From sequence record LR745206.1: a stretch of DNA of 64,000 nt. The stretch is one strand, 5' to 3'. The notes under the pieces were generated by a model. The model saw only the letters and a list, made by a program, of their open reading frames with translations, was not told where the DNA came from and made no database searches. Positions 10,901-20,642 of the stretch are shown here, piece after piece (the stretch's first letter is position 1; each line of letters begins with the position of its first letter). The translations under genes were made by a program, and so were the position numbers.

Positions 10901-11977
10901 TTTTTTACCCTTTTTTACCGGTTGTAAAGTTGTTCCAATTGTCTCTGTGTATCTCTCAACTCTATAATAATTACCATTATATTCAACATAGAATGGTCTA
11001 GTTGAAACCCAACCTTCATTACCTCGTTCTTCATCACCAAATGGATCACCATATGGTGAGTATAGGATATTACCAGTTTGTATGATTACATCATCCCTTA
11101 AAAATGGAGTTATATATGGTGACATTGTTTTAACTAATTCCATATCATCTAAATAGAATCCAAAATATCTATTTAATGACCATTTTCTTTTTATTTCTGG
11201 TGTAGATGGCTCATCATCAAATAAGAAAGAAAAGTTAAGTATATTTGGAAATACGACCTTATTATCCTTATATGAGTCAAAGATGAACTTTTCCAATTCA
11301 AATATTTCTTTTTCCTCATCAATAATATCATCAATAAATCTAGATTTAGATGTGTATCCACCAGTTTTATAATCTATTCCATTCCAAATAGAAAATTCTA
11401 AATTTCTAAAATCCATTTCTAATGGTGTTTTAGGAAAATAATCATTATTTATAAAATTGATATCTAACCATTCTCCTAATGGAGATTGATTTGTTAGATC
11501 AAATAGTTTTACAACCTTTAAGTTATTGATTATATCAGTTTTAAAAACATCCTTTGATAAGACACCTAATCCTGGTCCATCAACTCTAAAAATAATGAAC
11601 TTTTTAGGTGGTATTTTTGTAATGTATAATGGTGCAAAGTATTCAAATTCTTCTTTATAATTTTTATTATTAATTATATTTCTAGCACCATATTGATATA
11701 TCTCATCATATTGTTCTTTGAAATCATCTGACATTGAATCAACATCATTATCAAATTTAATTTGATATGCTGTTTCACTTGGTAAATCCTTATAGAAATA
11801 AGGTATTAATTCATCATAATAATTTTTCTTTGTGAAGGAAACTTTCTTAAACTTACTCAATGATAAATCCTCAACAGAGTCGATACTATCAAGACTAAGT
11901 TGATATGTTGAATCAACCATTATTTTAATATTGGTTGTTAATCCTACATTTGTTCTAAGTATACCAAAACTTTTCAT
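7982..11977 (-). CDS. Large putative virion structural protein
   Basis: 1331 aa, aromatic/Asn/Ser-rich, repeated W-x-P-S-x-x-Y motifs; function inferred. Confidence 0.6.
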   Translation of the reverse strand: MKSFGILRTNVGLTTNIKIMVDSTYQLSLDSIDSVEDLSLSKFKKVSFTKKNYYDELIPYFYKDLPSETAYQIKFDNDVDSMSDDFKEQYDEIYQYGARNIINNKNYKEEFEYFAPLYITKIPPKKFIIFRVDGPGLGVLSKDVFKTDIINNLKVVKLFDLTNQSPLGEWLDINFINNDYFPKTPLEMDFRNLEFSIWNGIDYKTGGYTSKSRFIDDIIDEEKEIFELEKFIFDSYKDNKVVFPNILNFSFLFDDEPSTPEIKRKWSLNRYFGFYLDDMELVKTMSPYITPFLRDDVIIQTGNILYSPYGDPFGDEERGNEGWVSTRPFYVEYNGNYYRVERYTETIGTTLQPVKKGKKSGGLSVSQFVTEEYQETIVTRYRIISDIDLTGKEKGLNKNFGIIDEDNKLIDYNINDFQIEEFDDADVWLIEIDGILHNLVNDNGSIKVLTDYSFEFNQNDFQYKVAGVVTTISTIVDFDNAPKKFNIYKLKFSDIKDFDDKIIDTEYSKYEYEKEFELTFTDETKMYVENLVSDSNPKELDDFILNDNIVNIPVSSEYTANYETFKIENNNLSDIWRKNPVYCRWAYQNSISSNDYPYLLNNSGIFEDFNRTSNPTDPDPKRIERNLDYFYTINSSTSSYLHHSLHLEKLDGNGDIDNTFKFELDKYLNVATYSVGTSSATYSFDYFTSIFHKNAYFNNSKIKKNLKKHSEFNIGDNSIPNTTLFRGIEFSIYDVESITLNSSEEVDTINLQTSNEFNDYKFSILLSDNDFSIDSNNNLTPSNNLMQWNIIDNWKMDKNYASSSIVIFNDVLYQANTDVVTNNPVKLLSLKQIKSAPYNQVEWDLYNPTANIFWSPTISYSSTNYVYNHGEYYDYNVSGTEDFWNPSTASTTGYNQGEVVLYQGKYYMSMTSSNHYDPNYRRPFIALNQYKNFGYWVATQSSNPKWSPIELWNPSKSYTTTVRIIHNDIIWSGVGSPGDEPGVSTLWSRQYSLEPDTDLIYSSSNNPIISMNNRYYLCSSNTSGSTLDNGIVIYINKKWKNILVNINIADNTLPNISEADRDDLYDDLYKKITAYNTIESINDISNKNGYTDYVTYVIIEEDDSISKYNYKNNITGLPYMIKCNGPDEFSTKVNSLEKNPIMLSNQLKLTKTLIDGKISSNTQLNYFNNIPIGASIVENVFQPKVFENYHGNKNIVSNPIYRFSGYYMPLFYDLQLFEKDSEFKEAGNYKFDISLTDFGLIKERKVRKINRKGSVLKLKEEKDIKSIYPMVDEFGYAIKDFFIFSSTWDYRYHIETIILQVRRLDIQITAPTIVPTNIGQPQLLQIQNFNL

Positions 11978-11980
11978 TTA

Positions 11981-14900
11981 TTATCTAACTGCTGTATTTA
12001 TAGCCGGTGCTGTTTTCTTAACAATGACTTTGTTTCTATTTAAATTAAATTTAATAGTAAATATAAATGGTCTATTTTCTGCTTCATTTTCTAAGAAAAA
12101 TCTAACCTTTTTGATATGTTTAACAGTTTGATTTTGTCTGTTTAGATTTATATATTGATAATTTAAACCATCTTGATTATTATCCAATGCGTTCATTTTA
12201 AAGTAAATACTAAGTGGTATAATAGTTGAATTTCTATCACCAGCGCTTATAACCTTAACCTTGTCGCTATTTGTTTCTACAACAGATTCTAAATCTTTTA
12301 CAACTGGATGAATACTTGATAATAATTTTGTTGTTGATGCTACTGAAACAGTTGAATCAACCCATTTTGATGGATCCAATAAAGATTTATTGTTACCAAC
12401 AAATGATAGTATTGTAGTTTCATTATATCCAATATTATATTCTGTTGAGCTCAATATAGATGTAATTGAGTTGTTTGAATTTGGACCAAATGAATTTCCT
12501 ATGTTTTCAGAAACTTTAGCAACTGATGTATCATTTATGGAATCATAATTAACCATCCAAACAAATTGATTGTTTAATTGTGTTCTTGTTAATCCTGATA
12601 TATCTGATGTTAATAACTCATCTTGATCATTAACCCAGAATGTTTGAGGAGCTCCTGTATTATAAACATCATTATTTTGTAAATATGTTCTATTTGATAA
12701 AAGTCCAAGTGGTGATTCAGATGCTTTGTTCTTAATTTTTATAACAAAATCTTTAATAACATATATATCATTAGCATAAACTCTACCAGTTGGTATACCT
12801 TGACCACTAAATGAATTTAAATAATCTTCACACTCAACATTAAATACAGTCTCAGCTCCATTATTTATAACAAATTCTTGATTATTTCTAAGTATAATAA
12901 CTTCAAGTTCACCTTTAGCTCTTTTGATTTTTTCTTCAAGACCTCTTATTCTGTCTTCAAGACCTCTCATATATTCAAATAAATCAAGTGATACACCATT
13001 CTCATCTTTGAATCCAGATAATATCTTCGTTGAATCATGGTGATATGTTTTAGCATTAACAGTTACCGTATCTGATAAATGCTCATCCAAACCTTTAGCT
13101 GATAACTCATTATCCATACTCACCTTTAAATCTTCCTTAGTAGCTTCTTGTAGAATGAAATCATTTTCATTCAATACATTATTCAAATCATCAGGAAACT
13201 CAACAGTCATTATTTCAGACCAATCAGATTCAACTGGTGATTCTGGCCAACCAACTTCTGAGATTGATTTTATTCTCATCTCAACTCTTTCACCAGTTTG
13301 TATTGAAATATCAATTTGATTGATATTTGGTGTGTCAGCACTCTCTAAATCCTCTATTTGCCAATAGTATTCACCTGTTTGTGGATCAAATATTCTTTTT
13401 CTAGCATCTGTTTTGAATTCATTCCAATTTGAAAAACTAGCTTCTTTTTTAACACTTGTATTTAGAGCATCAAGTTTGAATGTCTCAATTGGGGTTTCTT
13501 TACCATCCTTACTCACATATCTATATTGGATACGGAATTGCACAATCTCTTGTGGTTTTGTACCTCTTGTAACAACAGCTTCTGGCATATCCCAAAATCC
13601 TCTTACTCTAAATTTAGGATCAACTTTTGTCTTTGGACTTCTTGATAAATCAATAATCTCTTTTGTGACAGAAGCTAATAATTTAGACTTACTAGTTTTC
13701 TTCTTTGTTAAATCATCAACTTCTAATTGTGATTGCTTCTTAGAAGATTCTGATTTAAATTTAGTAACCTTTAATTTCTTATTTCTATCTAAGATAGCAT
13801 CTTGTATTTGTTGAACTTCCGACTTTAAAGAAACTTGATAGTTATGCTTTTGTTTTATTAAATTGGAATCTGGTGTATCAGTTAAATGTTTATTAACTTG
13901 TACAACTTTGAAATTATCTAATATAAGTGTAGGTGATATCGGTGTACCAGCTAGTTTATTTGGTGTTTTTTTAGCAACTAAATCTTGTAAAACTTCACCA
14001 TAATCATAAACATAATCAATATAGAATTGTTCCATCGATAAACCATTAGATGGTGAATCAGAATCAAGTCTTAAATCATTTGTGTAAAATCCAGTACCTA
14101 AACTCCACTTTTTAGCAACCAAGTGATTTTCTGTATTTATTGGTTTTAAGAATATAATGTTTCTCTCATTATAACCAATACTAACTCTTACTTTTTTAGT
14201 GTATATAACTGGTGAGTATATTTTTAATGCACCAATAGCCACAGGTATTGGTTCTAGTCCTTCAATTCTTTCGAATCTAACTCTTGGATTTGATTCAACT
14301 GTTGAAACTTCTATAACTTTATATCTAGTTGATGTTTTATCACTATTTATGATAACCTCATCACCTATTGTTAGTGTTTTTACTTCTGTTGTTTCAACCA
14401 CAATATATTCTAATGTATCTAGTACATACCATAATTTTCTATTCAATCTATCCTCTTGTATTCTTAATACTGAGAATTGACCATCATATAATAAATTATT
14501 TGGTTCTAAATCAAATAATTGTTCGTCATATCTTGGATTTAATGGTTCAACTAATCCAGATGTTGTTTGGTGCCAATTTTCAAATTCAGAAAATACAATA
14601 TTAGAGTTACCTCTAAATAATGAATTAAAACTATTAAGAGCTGATTGACCTAGATTTGTTAGATTACCATCCACATCCTTTGCAAAATCAACAATATATC
14701 TTCTAGATAAACATTTCCTAACATCATTTTCTATCTTACCTGATAAATCAAGTTCGATTGATAATAATGGATCAAGTAAACTATCAAAAAACCAATTTGT
14801 GTTAGATTTAAAATTAGATATACTACCTAAACTATTAATAGCAACCGGTTCCCTATTTAAATCAACAGTTATTATTTTCTTAAATTTGTTTTGACTACTT

Positions 14901-15160
14901 GTTTGTATAAGTGAGCTACCACCGTCTATACTATAAAGTGAATTTATATTATTATTTAACCTATCAATCTCAGCTTTTAATGAAGTGAATGATGGTAATG
15001 TGAAGTTTCTCAATACTCCATTCTCATCATATATCTGTATATTTACAGTTGAGTCAGTTGTAGTTGTAAGAGCATTGATCTTTGATAAGATATCAACAAT
15101 ATTCTTATTAAATGTTATTATTTGATCAGCTACTTTAGGAAATGATGATTGTATCGGCAT
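11981..15160 (-). CDS. Large putative virion structural protein
   Basis: 1059 aa with coiled-coil segments; TTAATATATA motif upstream. Confidence 0.6.
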   Translation of the reverse strand: MPIQSSFPKVADQIITFNKNIVDILSKINALTTTTDSTVNIQIYDENGVLRNFTLPSFTSLKAEIDRLNNNINSLYSIDGGSSLIQTSSQNKFKKIITVDLNREPVAINSLGSISNFKSNTNWFFDSLLDPLLSIELDLSGKIENDVRKCLSRRYIVDFAKDVDGNLTNLGQSALNSFNSLFRGNSNIVFSEFENWHQTTSGLVEPLNPRYDEQLFDLEPNNLLYDGQFSVLRIQEDRLNRKLWYVLDTLEYIVVETTEVKTLTIGDEVIINSDKTSTRYKVIEVSTVESNPRVRFERIEGLEPIPVAIGALKIYSPVIYTKKVRVSIGYNERNIIFLKPINTENHLVAKKWSLGTGFYTNDLRLDSDSPSNGLSMEQFYIDYVYDYGEVLQDLVAKKTPNKLAGTPISPTLILDNFKVVQVNKHLTDTPDSNLIKQKHNYQVSLKSEVQQIQDAILDRNKKLKVTKFKSESSKKQSQLEVDDLTKKKTSKSKLLASVTKEIIDLSRSPKTKVDPKFRVRGFWDMPEAVVTRGTKPQEIVQFRIQYRYVSKDGKETPIETFKLDALNTSVKKEASFSNWNEFKTDARKRIFDPQTGEYYWQIEDLESADTPNINQIDISIQTGERVEMRIKSISEVGWPESPVESDWSEIMTVEFPDDLNNVLNENDFILQEATKEDLKVSMDNELSAKGLDEHLSDTVTVNAKTYHHDSTKILSGFKDENGVSLDLFEYMRGLEDRIRGLEEKIKRAKGELEVIILRNNQEFVINNGAETVFNVECEDYLNSFSGQGIPTGRVYANDIYVIKDFVIKIKNKASESPLGLLSNRTYLQNNDVYNTGAPQTFWVNDQDELLTSDISGLTRTQLNNQFVWMVNYDSINDTSVAKVSENIGNSFGPNSNNSITSILSSTEYNIGYNETTILSFVGNNKSLLDPSKWVDSTVSVASTTKLLSSIHPVVKDLESVVETNSDKVKVISAGDRNSTIIPLSIYFKMNALDNNQDGLNYQYINLNRQNQTVKHIKKVRFFLENEAENRPFIFTIKFNLNRNKVIVKKTAPAINTAVR

Positions 15161-15206
15161 TTGTCTATTATTGATTTTGTTTATATATTAATTTTCACTC
15201 ATTTCT

Positions 15207-15629
15207 TTGGGTATTTGTTTTTTTATTTTTATTTTTGTATTTATGAAAGTATTCAAAGCGCTCGAAACTTGCACAATTTCCTGGAGAGATCCAAATGGTA
15301 GAGCTAATGATTTTGTTTTATATGAGGGTGATTTCTTTTTCATAGAGGAGAATGTTGGCTGGTTGAGAAAAAACGACAAAATACAAAACTCAATGGGTGG
15401 ATTTGATAATGAGTATGGATCATTTGATATGTTGGTTAAGATATATCACAACAAAATGATTGATATTGATGGTAATCGTGAATGGACTTGGTTACACAAT
15501 CTTAATTTAATCGAACCACTTATAAATAGTGATATTCATATTAGTCGTTGGGAAAAGCTTTGTCCAAATACATTAGAGGATGTTAGTATTTCTTGGGATA
15601 GAGATGAAAAATTAAATAAATTATTATAA
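15207..15629 (+). CDS. Hypothetical protein with C-terminal RDEKLNKLL motif
   Basis: ORF; true start may be ATG 15243. Confidence 0.6.
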   Translation: MGICFFIFIFVFMKVFKALETCTISWRDPNGRANDFVLYEGDFFFIEENVGWLRKNDKIQNSMGGFDNEYGSFDMLVKIYHNKMIDIDGNREWTWLHNLNLIEPLINSDIHISRWEKLCPNTLEDVSISWDRDEKLNKLL

Positions 15630-15658
15630 ATGAAAATTAATACGTATATTTGTAGAAT

Positions 15659-17533
15659 ATGATAGAACAATTAAAAGAAACTATAATTAAGGCTAATGAG
15701 TCTTATAGAAAAGGTAACCCACTTATGTCTGATTCTGAGTATGATACATTACTCGAAGAATTAGCTTTACTATCACCAGATGATGATTTACTATCTTTAG
15801 TAGGTCATATCGTTATTGATGAATCTCGTAAAAGGAGACTTCCTATTGATATGGCATCAATGAATAAAATTAAATCTATGGATGATATCGATGATTGGTG
15901 TCGTCTTAAAGGTATATCAAAATCCGAAACAGTTATCATAACTCCTAAATTTGACGGTCTTTCACTTTGTGTTAATGAATTAGATAATTCAGCATCTACA
16001 AGAGGTGATGGAACTTTCGGTCAACAATCAGATGAACATTATAAATTAATTGGTAATCACTTATATGAGGATATATGGGAACAAGAAGGTAGGATGGAAA
16101 ATACTGGATTTGCGCCTTTACCATTCACATACACTTATGGTGAAGTTATGATGTCTAAGAAGAAGTTCTTAGATGATTACTCAAATGATTTTGCTAATCC
16201 AAGAAATCTTGTTGCTGGTTTGTTAAATTCGAAAACTGTTACTGAATCACTAAAAGATTGTAACTATATTAAATATGGTGCTATTTGTGTATCTAAATTT
16301 AACACAAAACAAGAAATAATTGATGAATTAAATAGCGGTCAAAGAGTAAAGGTTAATTATCACTTATGTGCTATTGAGGATCTAACAGAAGATTTACTTA
16401 TTAGTCTTTTTCACACCTTATCACCAGACTATGAAATTGATGGTGTTATCATTGAAATTAATGATATCTCTGTTCAAAATAGATTAGGTAGAGAAACCTC
16501 TTCAAACAATCCTGTTTGGGCAAGAGCTTTCAAACATCCAAGTTTCGAACAAACTGCTGAATCAGAAGTTATCGGGATATCTTGGAACATTTCAAAACAA
16601 GGTTTATTAAAACCTATCTTACATATTACTCCTATTAAACTAGATGGTGTTACCGTTTCTAATGTAACTGGTAACAATGCTCGTTTCGTAAAAGATATGG
16701 GTATTGGTATCGGTGCTAAAGTATTGGTAAAACGTAGTGGTATGGTTATACCATTGATAGTTGATGTTATTGAAACTGTTGATTTCAAACTTCCAGTAAT
16801 TGATGGTGTTGAAATTGATTGGAATGAAGCTGGAATTGAATTAATCACTTTGACTGAGACAGACGATCAAAAATTAAAAAAGAATATTGCTTTCTTTGAA
16901 ATACTTGAAGCTGATAATGTTTCAGAGGGTGTAATTACTCAATTATGGGAAGCTGGTTATAAAACAATTAAAGATATTCTAAATCTTACTACAAGTGATT
17001 TAGAGAAGATTGACCGATTCGGAAAAAGAAAGGCGAGTATTGTATTCAACTCTATTCAAAAGTCTGTTAAAGGTGTTCAATTAAGTAAACTACAACATGC
17101 TACGGGTATCTTTAGAGGTCTCGGTAGTAAAAAACTAGTATTATTAGAACAATTTACAGAGAAACCAACCATTGATAAAATTATGGATATTGAAGGATTT
17201 GCTGAAATCTCAGCAAAAACCTATATTGATTCTTATGATGAATTTTTTGAATTTGTTAAAGACCTACCAATTACTATCGAGGAAAAAGTTGAAGCCGTTA
17301 AAGTTGGCACTGATTTAGATGGTAAAGCATTTGTATTCACTGGTGTCAGAAGAAAAGATTTAGAAGATATTATTGAATCTCGTGGAGGTAAAATTGGTGG
17401 TTCTGTATCAAAGAACACAACACATTTAATTATGAAAGCTAAAGGAAGTGGATCTTCTAAGGAGAACAAGGCTATTGATTTGGGTGTTGAGATATTAACT
17501 GTTGAAGAATTAGAAAACTTATTAAAAAAATAA
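15659..17533 (+). CDS. ligA: NAD-dependent DNA ligase
   Basis: MxSMxK, adenylation motif TPKFDG, EIDGVII, HhH repeats, C-terminal BRCT (FVFTG..LEDIIESRGGK..SVSKNT). Confidence 0.93.
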   Translation: MIEQLKETIIKANESYRKGNPLMSDSEYDTLLEELALLSPDDDLLSLVGHIVIDESRKRRLPIDMASMNKIKSMDDIDDWCRLKGISKSETVIITPKFDGLSLCVNELDNSASTRGDGTFGQQSDEHYKLIGNHLYEDIWEQEGRMENTGFAPLPFTYTYGEVMMSKKKFLDDYSNDFANPRNLVAGLLNSKTVTESLKDCNYIKYGAICVSKFNTKQEIIDELNSGQRVKVNYHLCAIEDLTEDLLISLFHTLSPDYEIDGVIIEINDISVQNRLGRETSSNNPVWARAFKHPSFEQTAESEVIGISWNISKQGLLKPILHITPIKLDGVTVSNVTGNNARFVKDMGIGIGAKVLVKRSGMVIPLIVDVIETVDFKLPVIDGVEIDWNEAGIELITLTETDDQKLKKNIAFFEILEADNVSEGVITQLWEAGYKTIKDILNLTTSDLEKIDRFGKRKASIVFNSIQKSVKGVQLSKLQHATGIFRGLGSKKLVLLEQFTEKPTIDKIMDIEGFAEISAKTYIDSYDEFFEFVKDLPITIEEKVEAVKVGTDLDGKAFVFTGVRRKDLEDIIESRGGKIGGSVSKNTTHLIMKAKGSGSSKENKAIDLGVEILTVEELENLLKK

Positions 17534-17538
17534 ATATT

Positions 17539-17763
17539 ATGGCAAGATATGCAGTAAAACACAAACCATCAGGTAAATTCTTTTATGAGGATGAAGGTGG
17601 TGCCTTTTTATTAGATGAAAAGGATGGAGTATTTTCATACGGTAGAAAATCTGATGCGGAAGAGGTTTTAAAATACCTTAAAGAGTATATGGTTGATGGG
17701 TCAATATTCACCGAAGATGGTGATTTTCCATTTGATGAATTTGAAGTTGGTGAATTAAAATAA
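17539..17763 (+). CDS. Hypothetical protein
   Basis: 74 aa ORF in operon. Confidence 0.65.
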   Translation: MARYAVKHKPSGKFFYEDEGGAFLLDEKDGVFSYGRKSDAEEVLKYLKEYMVDGSIFTEDGDFPFDEFEVGELK

Positions 17764-17769
17764 AATATT

Positions 17770-18162
17770 ATGATAGAATTTATAATTGGGTTGGTAGTTG
17801 GATTAACCCCAACATTAGTATTGCTTATTAAAAAGTTTTTTGCTAAAAAACCACCAGAAATACCTAGATATAGCAGACGCGGGTTATACACCAATGAATA
17901 TGCTGTTAGTTCTATGGGTGTAAAAAAATATGATGTTACTGTTCAATTTGAAGTGGGTGAATTAGAATCAACCGATGATTTATCAAAGATTGAGGTTATA
18001 TCCTGCATTGCTAGTCAATCTTCTTCAAATAGTGAAAAGGATAGAAAAGAGTTTTCGGATATGGTTAATAATTCTTGGGTATCCTCTAATCAGATTAAAT
18101 GGATAACAACTACTGCGAGTAAAAGAAATGATAAAATTGACCAAATATTGAATAATGGTTAA
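17770..18162 (+). CDS. Hypothetical protein with N-terminal transmembrane anchor
   Basis: Hydrophobic MIEFIIGLVVGLTPTLVLLI; C-terminal RNDKIDQIL. Confidence 0.7.
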   Translation: MIEFIIGLVVGLTPTLVLLIKKFFAKKPPEIPRYSRRGLYTNEYAVSSMGVKKYDVTVQFEVGELESTDDLSKIEVISCIASQSSSNSEKDRKEFSDMVNNSWVSSNQIKWITTTASKRNDKIDQILNNG

Positions 18163-18192
18163 GAGATATAGTAAACTTGTAAAAATATTAAG

Positions 18193-18921
18193 ATGATATA
18201 CACAAGTCAATTTTTTAATGGTGATTATGGTAATGTTGATAACGCCTCCTTCGACATAACAGAAGATGATATACAAAAAATAAAAAATCTAAAATCTTAT
18301 CGCAGTGATCAATCAGGGTATTATAATTTAATGCTCCAATGGAGATTATCTGATAATTTAGATGTGGTTAAGGACAAGGAAGAACTTAGTAGATTATTTG
18401 TTTGTATGCAATTAATATCAGCTACTGCTATTATTAAAGATTATTTTATTAAAGATTATAATAATAAAAAAGCTCCTTATTTCATTGAAGATTATCACAA
18501 GTTTCTACTAAGGAGATTATATTTAGATTATGATGATTATGATGATACTTGTATTACAATGGCATTTAAAAGACCATTTGGTAATTCACATGTGTTGGGT
18601 GATATAAGAGAAGAGATTGATAATGTTTATAAAATGTCTCATGATGAATATGAATCTGGTGATTATGAAAGAGAGGAGAAAGTTTTGTGTGAATTTATTG
18701 ATTTTCTGGAATTATTTTATAAAGGAGGATTTGAAACTAAGTGTAATTACTTCGTTTATGAAAATCCATATAGTATCGAACCAAGAAGAAAATACAGCGA
18801 ACTTTTATTAGATGATAAATGGGGTTATTTAGAGGGAAGACCACATTCATATTTAATGTCTTGGAATTTTAACCCTAGTGAAATTAGAAATATTAAAATA
18901 GAAAAAATATTAGATATATGA
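18193..18921 (+). CDS. Hypothetical protein
   Basis: 242 aa; C-terminal RNIKIEKIL. Confidence 0.7.
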   Translation: MIYTSQFFNGDYGNVDNASFDITEDDIQKIKNLKSYRSDQSGYYNLMLQWRLSDNLDVVKDKEELSRLFVCMQLISATAIIKDYFIKDYNNKKAPYFIEDYHKFLLRRLYLDYDDYDDTCITMAFKRPFGNSHVLGDIREEIDNVYKMSHDEYESGDYEREEKVLCEFIDFLELFYKGGFETKCNYFVYENPYSIEPRRKYSELLLDDKWGYLEGRPHSYLMSWNFNPSEIRNIKIEKILDI

Positions 18922-19526
18922 TATATTCCATACAAGATGGAGACAAAATAAAAATACTACCATTTATAGATAAAAACAACAAGGTAACTTGGGGTAAGCA
19001 ATATGATATTGTTGTGACCGATGGTGGTCCTGTTTATGATGATAAGGGATATTTAAAGAAAATGTACTGGAATGTACGTAATCAAAGTGATGGTTATAAT
19101 AAAAATAATAATATAGCAACAAGAACTATGTTCCATGTTTATATTGGTGGTGAATCGGTTTTGATAGCTGTTGGTAGAAAGATATTGGATATAGTATCAG
19201 AAAATAAAACCTTATTTGATATAAGGAGTAATGATCATTTATTTATAGTTAAGGAACTTGTAACAGTTCCTAATGGTATGAAACTACCAAGTTATGATAA
19301 AACACATATTATAACCAGTGAATGGGATGCCCCAGTAACAGATATAGATTCTAAAGAAGAGTGGTTAGAATATTTAAATAATAATCAACCGGATATAGAA
19401 TCTTATGTTGATAGATATTCAATATCTAAAAACAGAGAGAATTTAATAAAATTATTTGGATCGGATTTGTTGAGTGAGATAATACAAAAAGAAAGAAATG
19501 AAAAATTAGAGGAAATACTAAAATAA
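18918..19526 (+). CDS. Hypothetical protein, weak gp32-like ssDNA-binding resemblance
   Basis: KILPF, VGRKI, LFD, PSYDK spaced as in T4 gp32-type SSBs; weak. Confidence 0.35.
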   Translation: MIYSIQDGDKIKILPFIDKNNKVTWGKQYDIVVTDGGPVYDDKGYLKKMYWNVRNQSDGYNKNNNIATRTMFHVYIGGESVLIAVGRKILDIVSENKTLFDIRSNDHLFIVKELVTVPNGMKLPSYDKTHIITSEWDAPVTDIDSKEEWLEYLNNNQPDIESYVDRYSISKNRENLIKLFGSDLLSEIIQKERNEKLEEILK

Positions 19527-19531
19527 CATAT

Positions 19532-19822
19532 ATGGGAAGTAAAATGGAAGAACGCAAAGTGGTTGCGGCACAACAGTATGCTCTTGATAAATGTCAATCT
19601 GATCCTAGTCAGTTGATAAAGGTTAAGAGTGCTTGGGAGAATGGATTCGAGACAGGATTCACCGCTAAATATGGTGAACTATTTATAAAGGGTCAATCAT
19701 TGGATGATTGGGAAAATTGGATAAATGGTGAATTAACACCACCACTAGCTCCAATAATGACAGATGAAGTGGTTTATACAATGGAAGCATTTCTTGAATT
19801 AATTAAAATGATAAAAAATTAA
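19532..19822 (+). CDS. Hypothetical protein
   Basis: 96 aa ORF in operon. Confidence 0.65.
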   Translation: MGSKMEERKVVAAQQYALDKCQSDPSQLIKVKSAWENGFETGFTAKYGELFIKGQSLDDWENWINGELTPPLAPIMTDEVVYTMEAFLELIKMIKN

Positions 19823-19936
19823 AAACGTTTAAATATGTGATGATATAATGATGAGATTGGTGGATAGTTATCCTTCAAAGTTAATGTGTGTTTTTTCTTC
19901 AAAAATTGAGAAATTAAGAAAGAAAAGAGACAACTT

Positions 19937-19946
19937 TTAATATATA
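19937..19946 (+). promoter_or_regulatory. Putative phage-specific promoter motif TTAATATATA, representative copy
   Basis: Plus strand at 19937, 32363, 52260, 54842, 56582, 62174; minus strand at 2421, 15182, 25435, 31457, 52264, 62155, 63973; always upstream of gene starts. Confidence 0.65.
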
Positions 19947-19988
19947 CAAAGTATAATTATAAGTACACAATTAACGGCAATAAAAGAA

Positions 19989-20642
19989 TTGACAGGCAAA
20001 AAATGTCTAGTCAATATAAAAAAAGTAAACGGCAATATGATATTGAAAGCAACAACTATGTTCTCTGAACAAGAAAAACTGTTCAAGGAACGAACTGGTA
20101 AAGATTTTACCACACTCTACACAAAGTACTATCCAAAATTAATTTATTTTACAGCAAGAATTTGTAATGACCCTCAAAAAGCTGAGGATATTTCAACTGA
20201 TTCTTTTATGATAGCACTAGAAAAGATTGAAAAATATGATAGGGAAAAATCGCAATTCTCTACTTGGCTTTTCACAATCGCGAAAAATCTAACCTTACAA
20301 GATATAAAAAATCAGAAGAAATCAGTATCATTGGATGTTGAATTTGATAAGGAAGGAACAACAATGAAAGATTTCATTGAAGAAAAAGAAGAAAACGATA
20401 CACTTTTAAATGATGTTTTTGATAAGAAAGCATTTATAATGAAGAATCGTATAAACAAACTAAAAGAACCATATAAAACGGTTATCGAAATGAGGGAAAT
20501 CAATAGGATGGCATATAAAGATATTGCTGACAAACTTGGTAAGAACTTATCAACAATCAAATCACAAATTAGAAATGGTCGTCATATTCTTATAGAACAA
20601 ACTAAGAAAGAATTTGATGATATAGATGAAATGTATTTATAA
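19989..20642 (+). CDS. ECF-type sigma-70 factor
   Basis: Region 2 (AEDISTDSF, FSTWLFTIAKN) and region 4 HTH (YKDIADKLGKNLSTIKSQIRNGR); true start probably downstream of the TTG given. Confidence 0.9.
   Translation: MTGKKCLVNIKKVNGNMILKATTMFSEQEKLFKERTGKDFTTLYTKYYPKLIYFTARICNDPQKAEDISTDSFMIALEKIEKYDREKSQFSTWLFTIAKNLTLQDIKNQKKSVSLDVEFDKEGTTMKDFIEEKEENDTLLNDVFDKKAFIMKNRINKLKEPYKTVIEMREINRMAYKDIADKLGKNLSTIKSQIRNGRHILIEQTKKEFDDIDEMYL

Noticed and set aside
10302-17894. Antisense ORFs such as 10302, 13413, 14199, 16474, 17233, 17583
   Set aside because: Opposite-strand shadows of long genes, Ser/Ile/Phe-rich, with no promoter or start context
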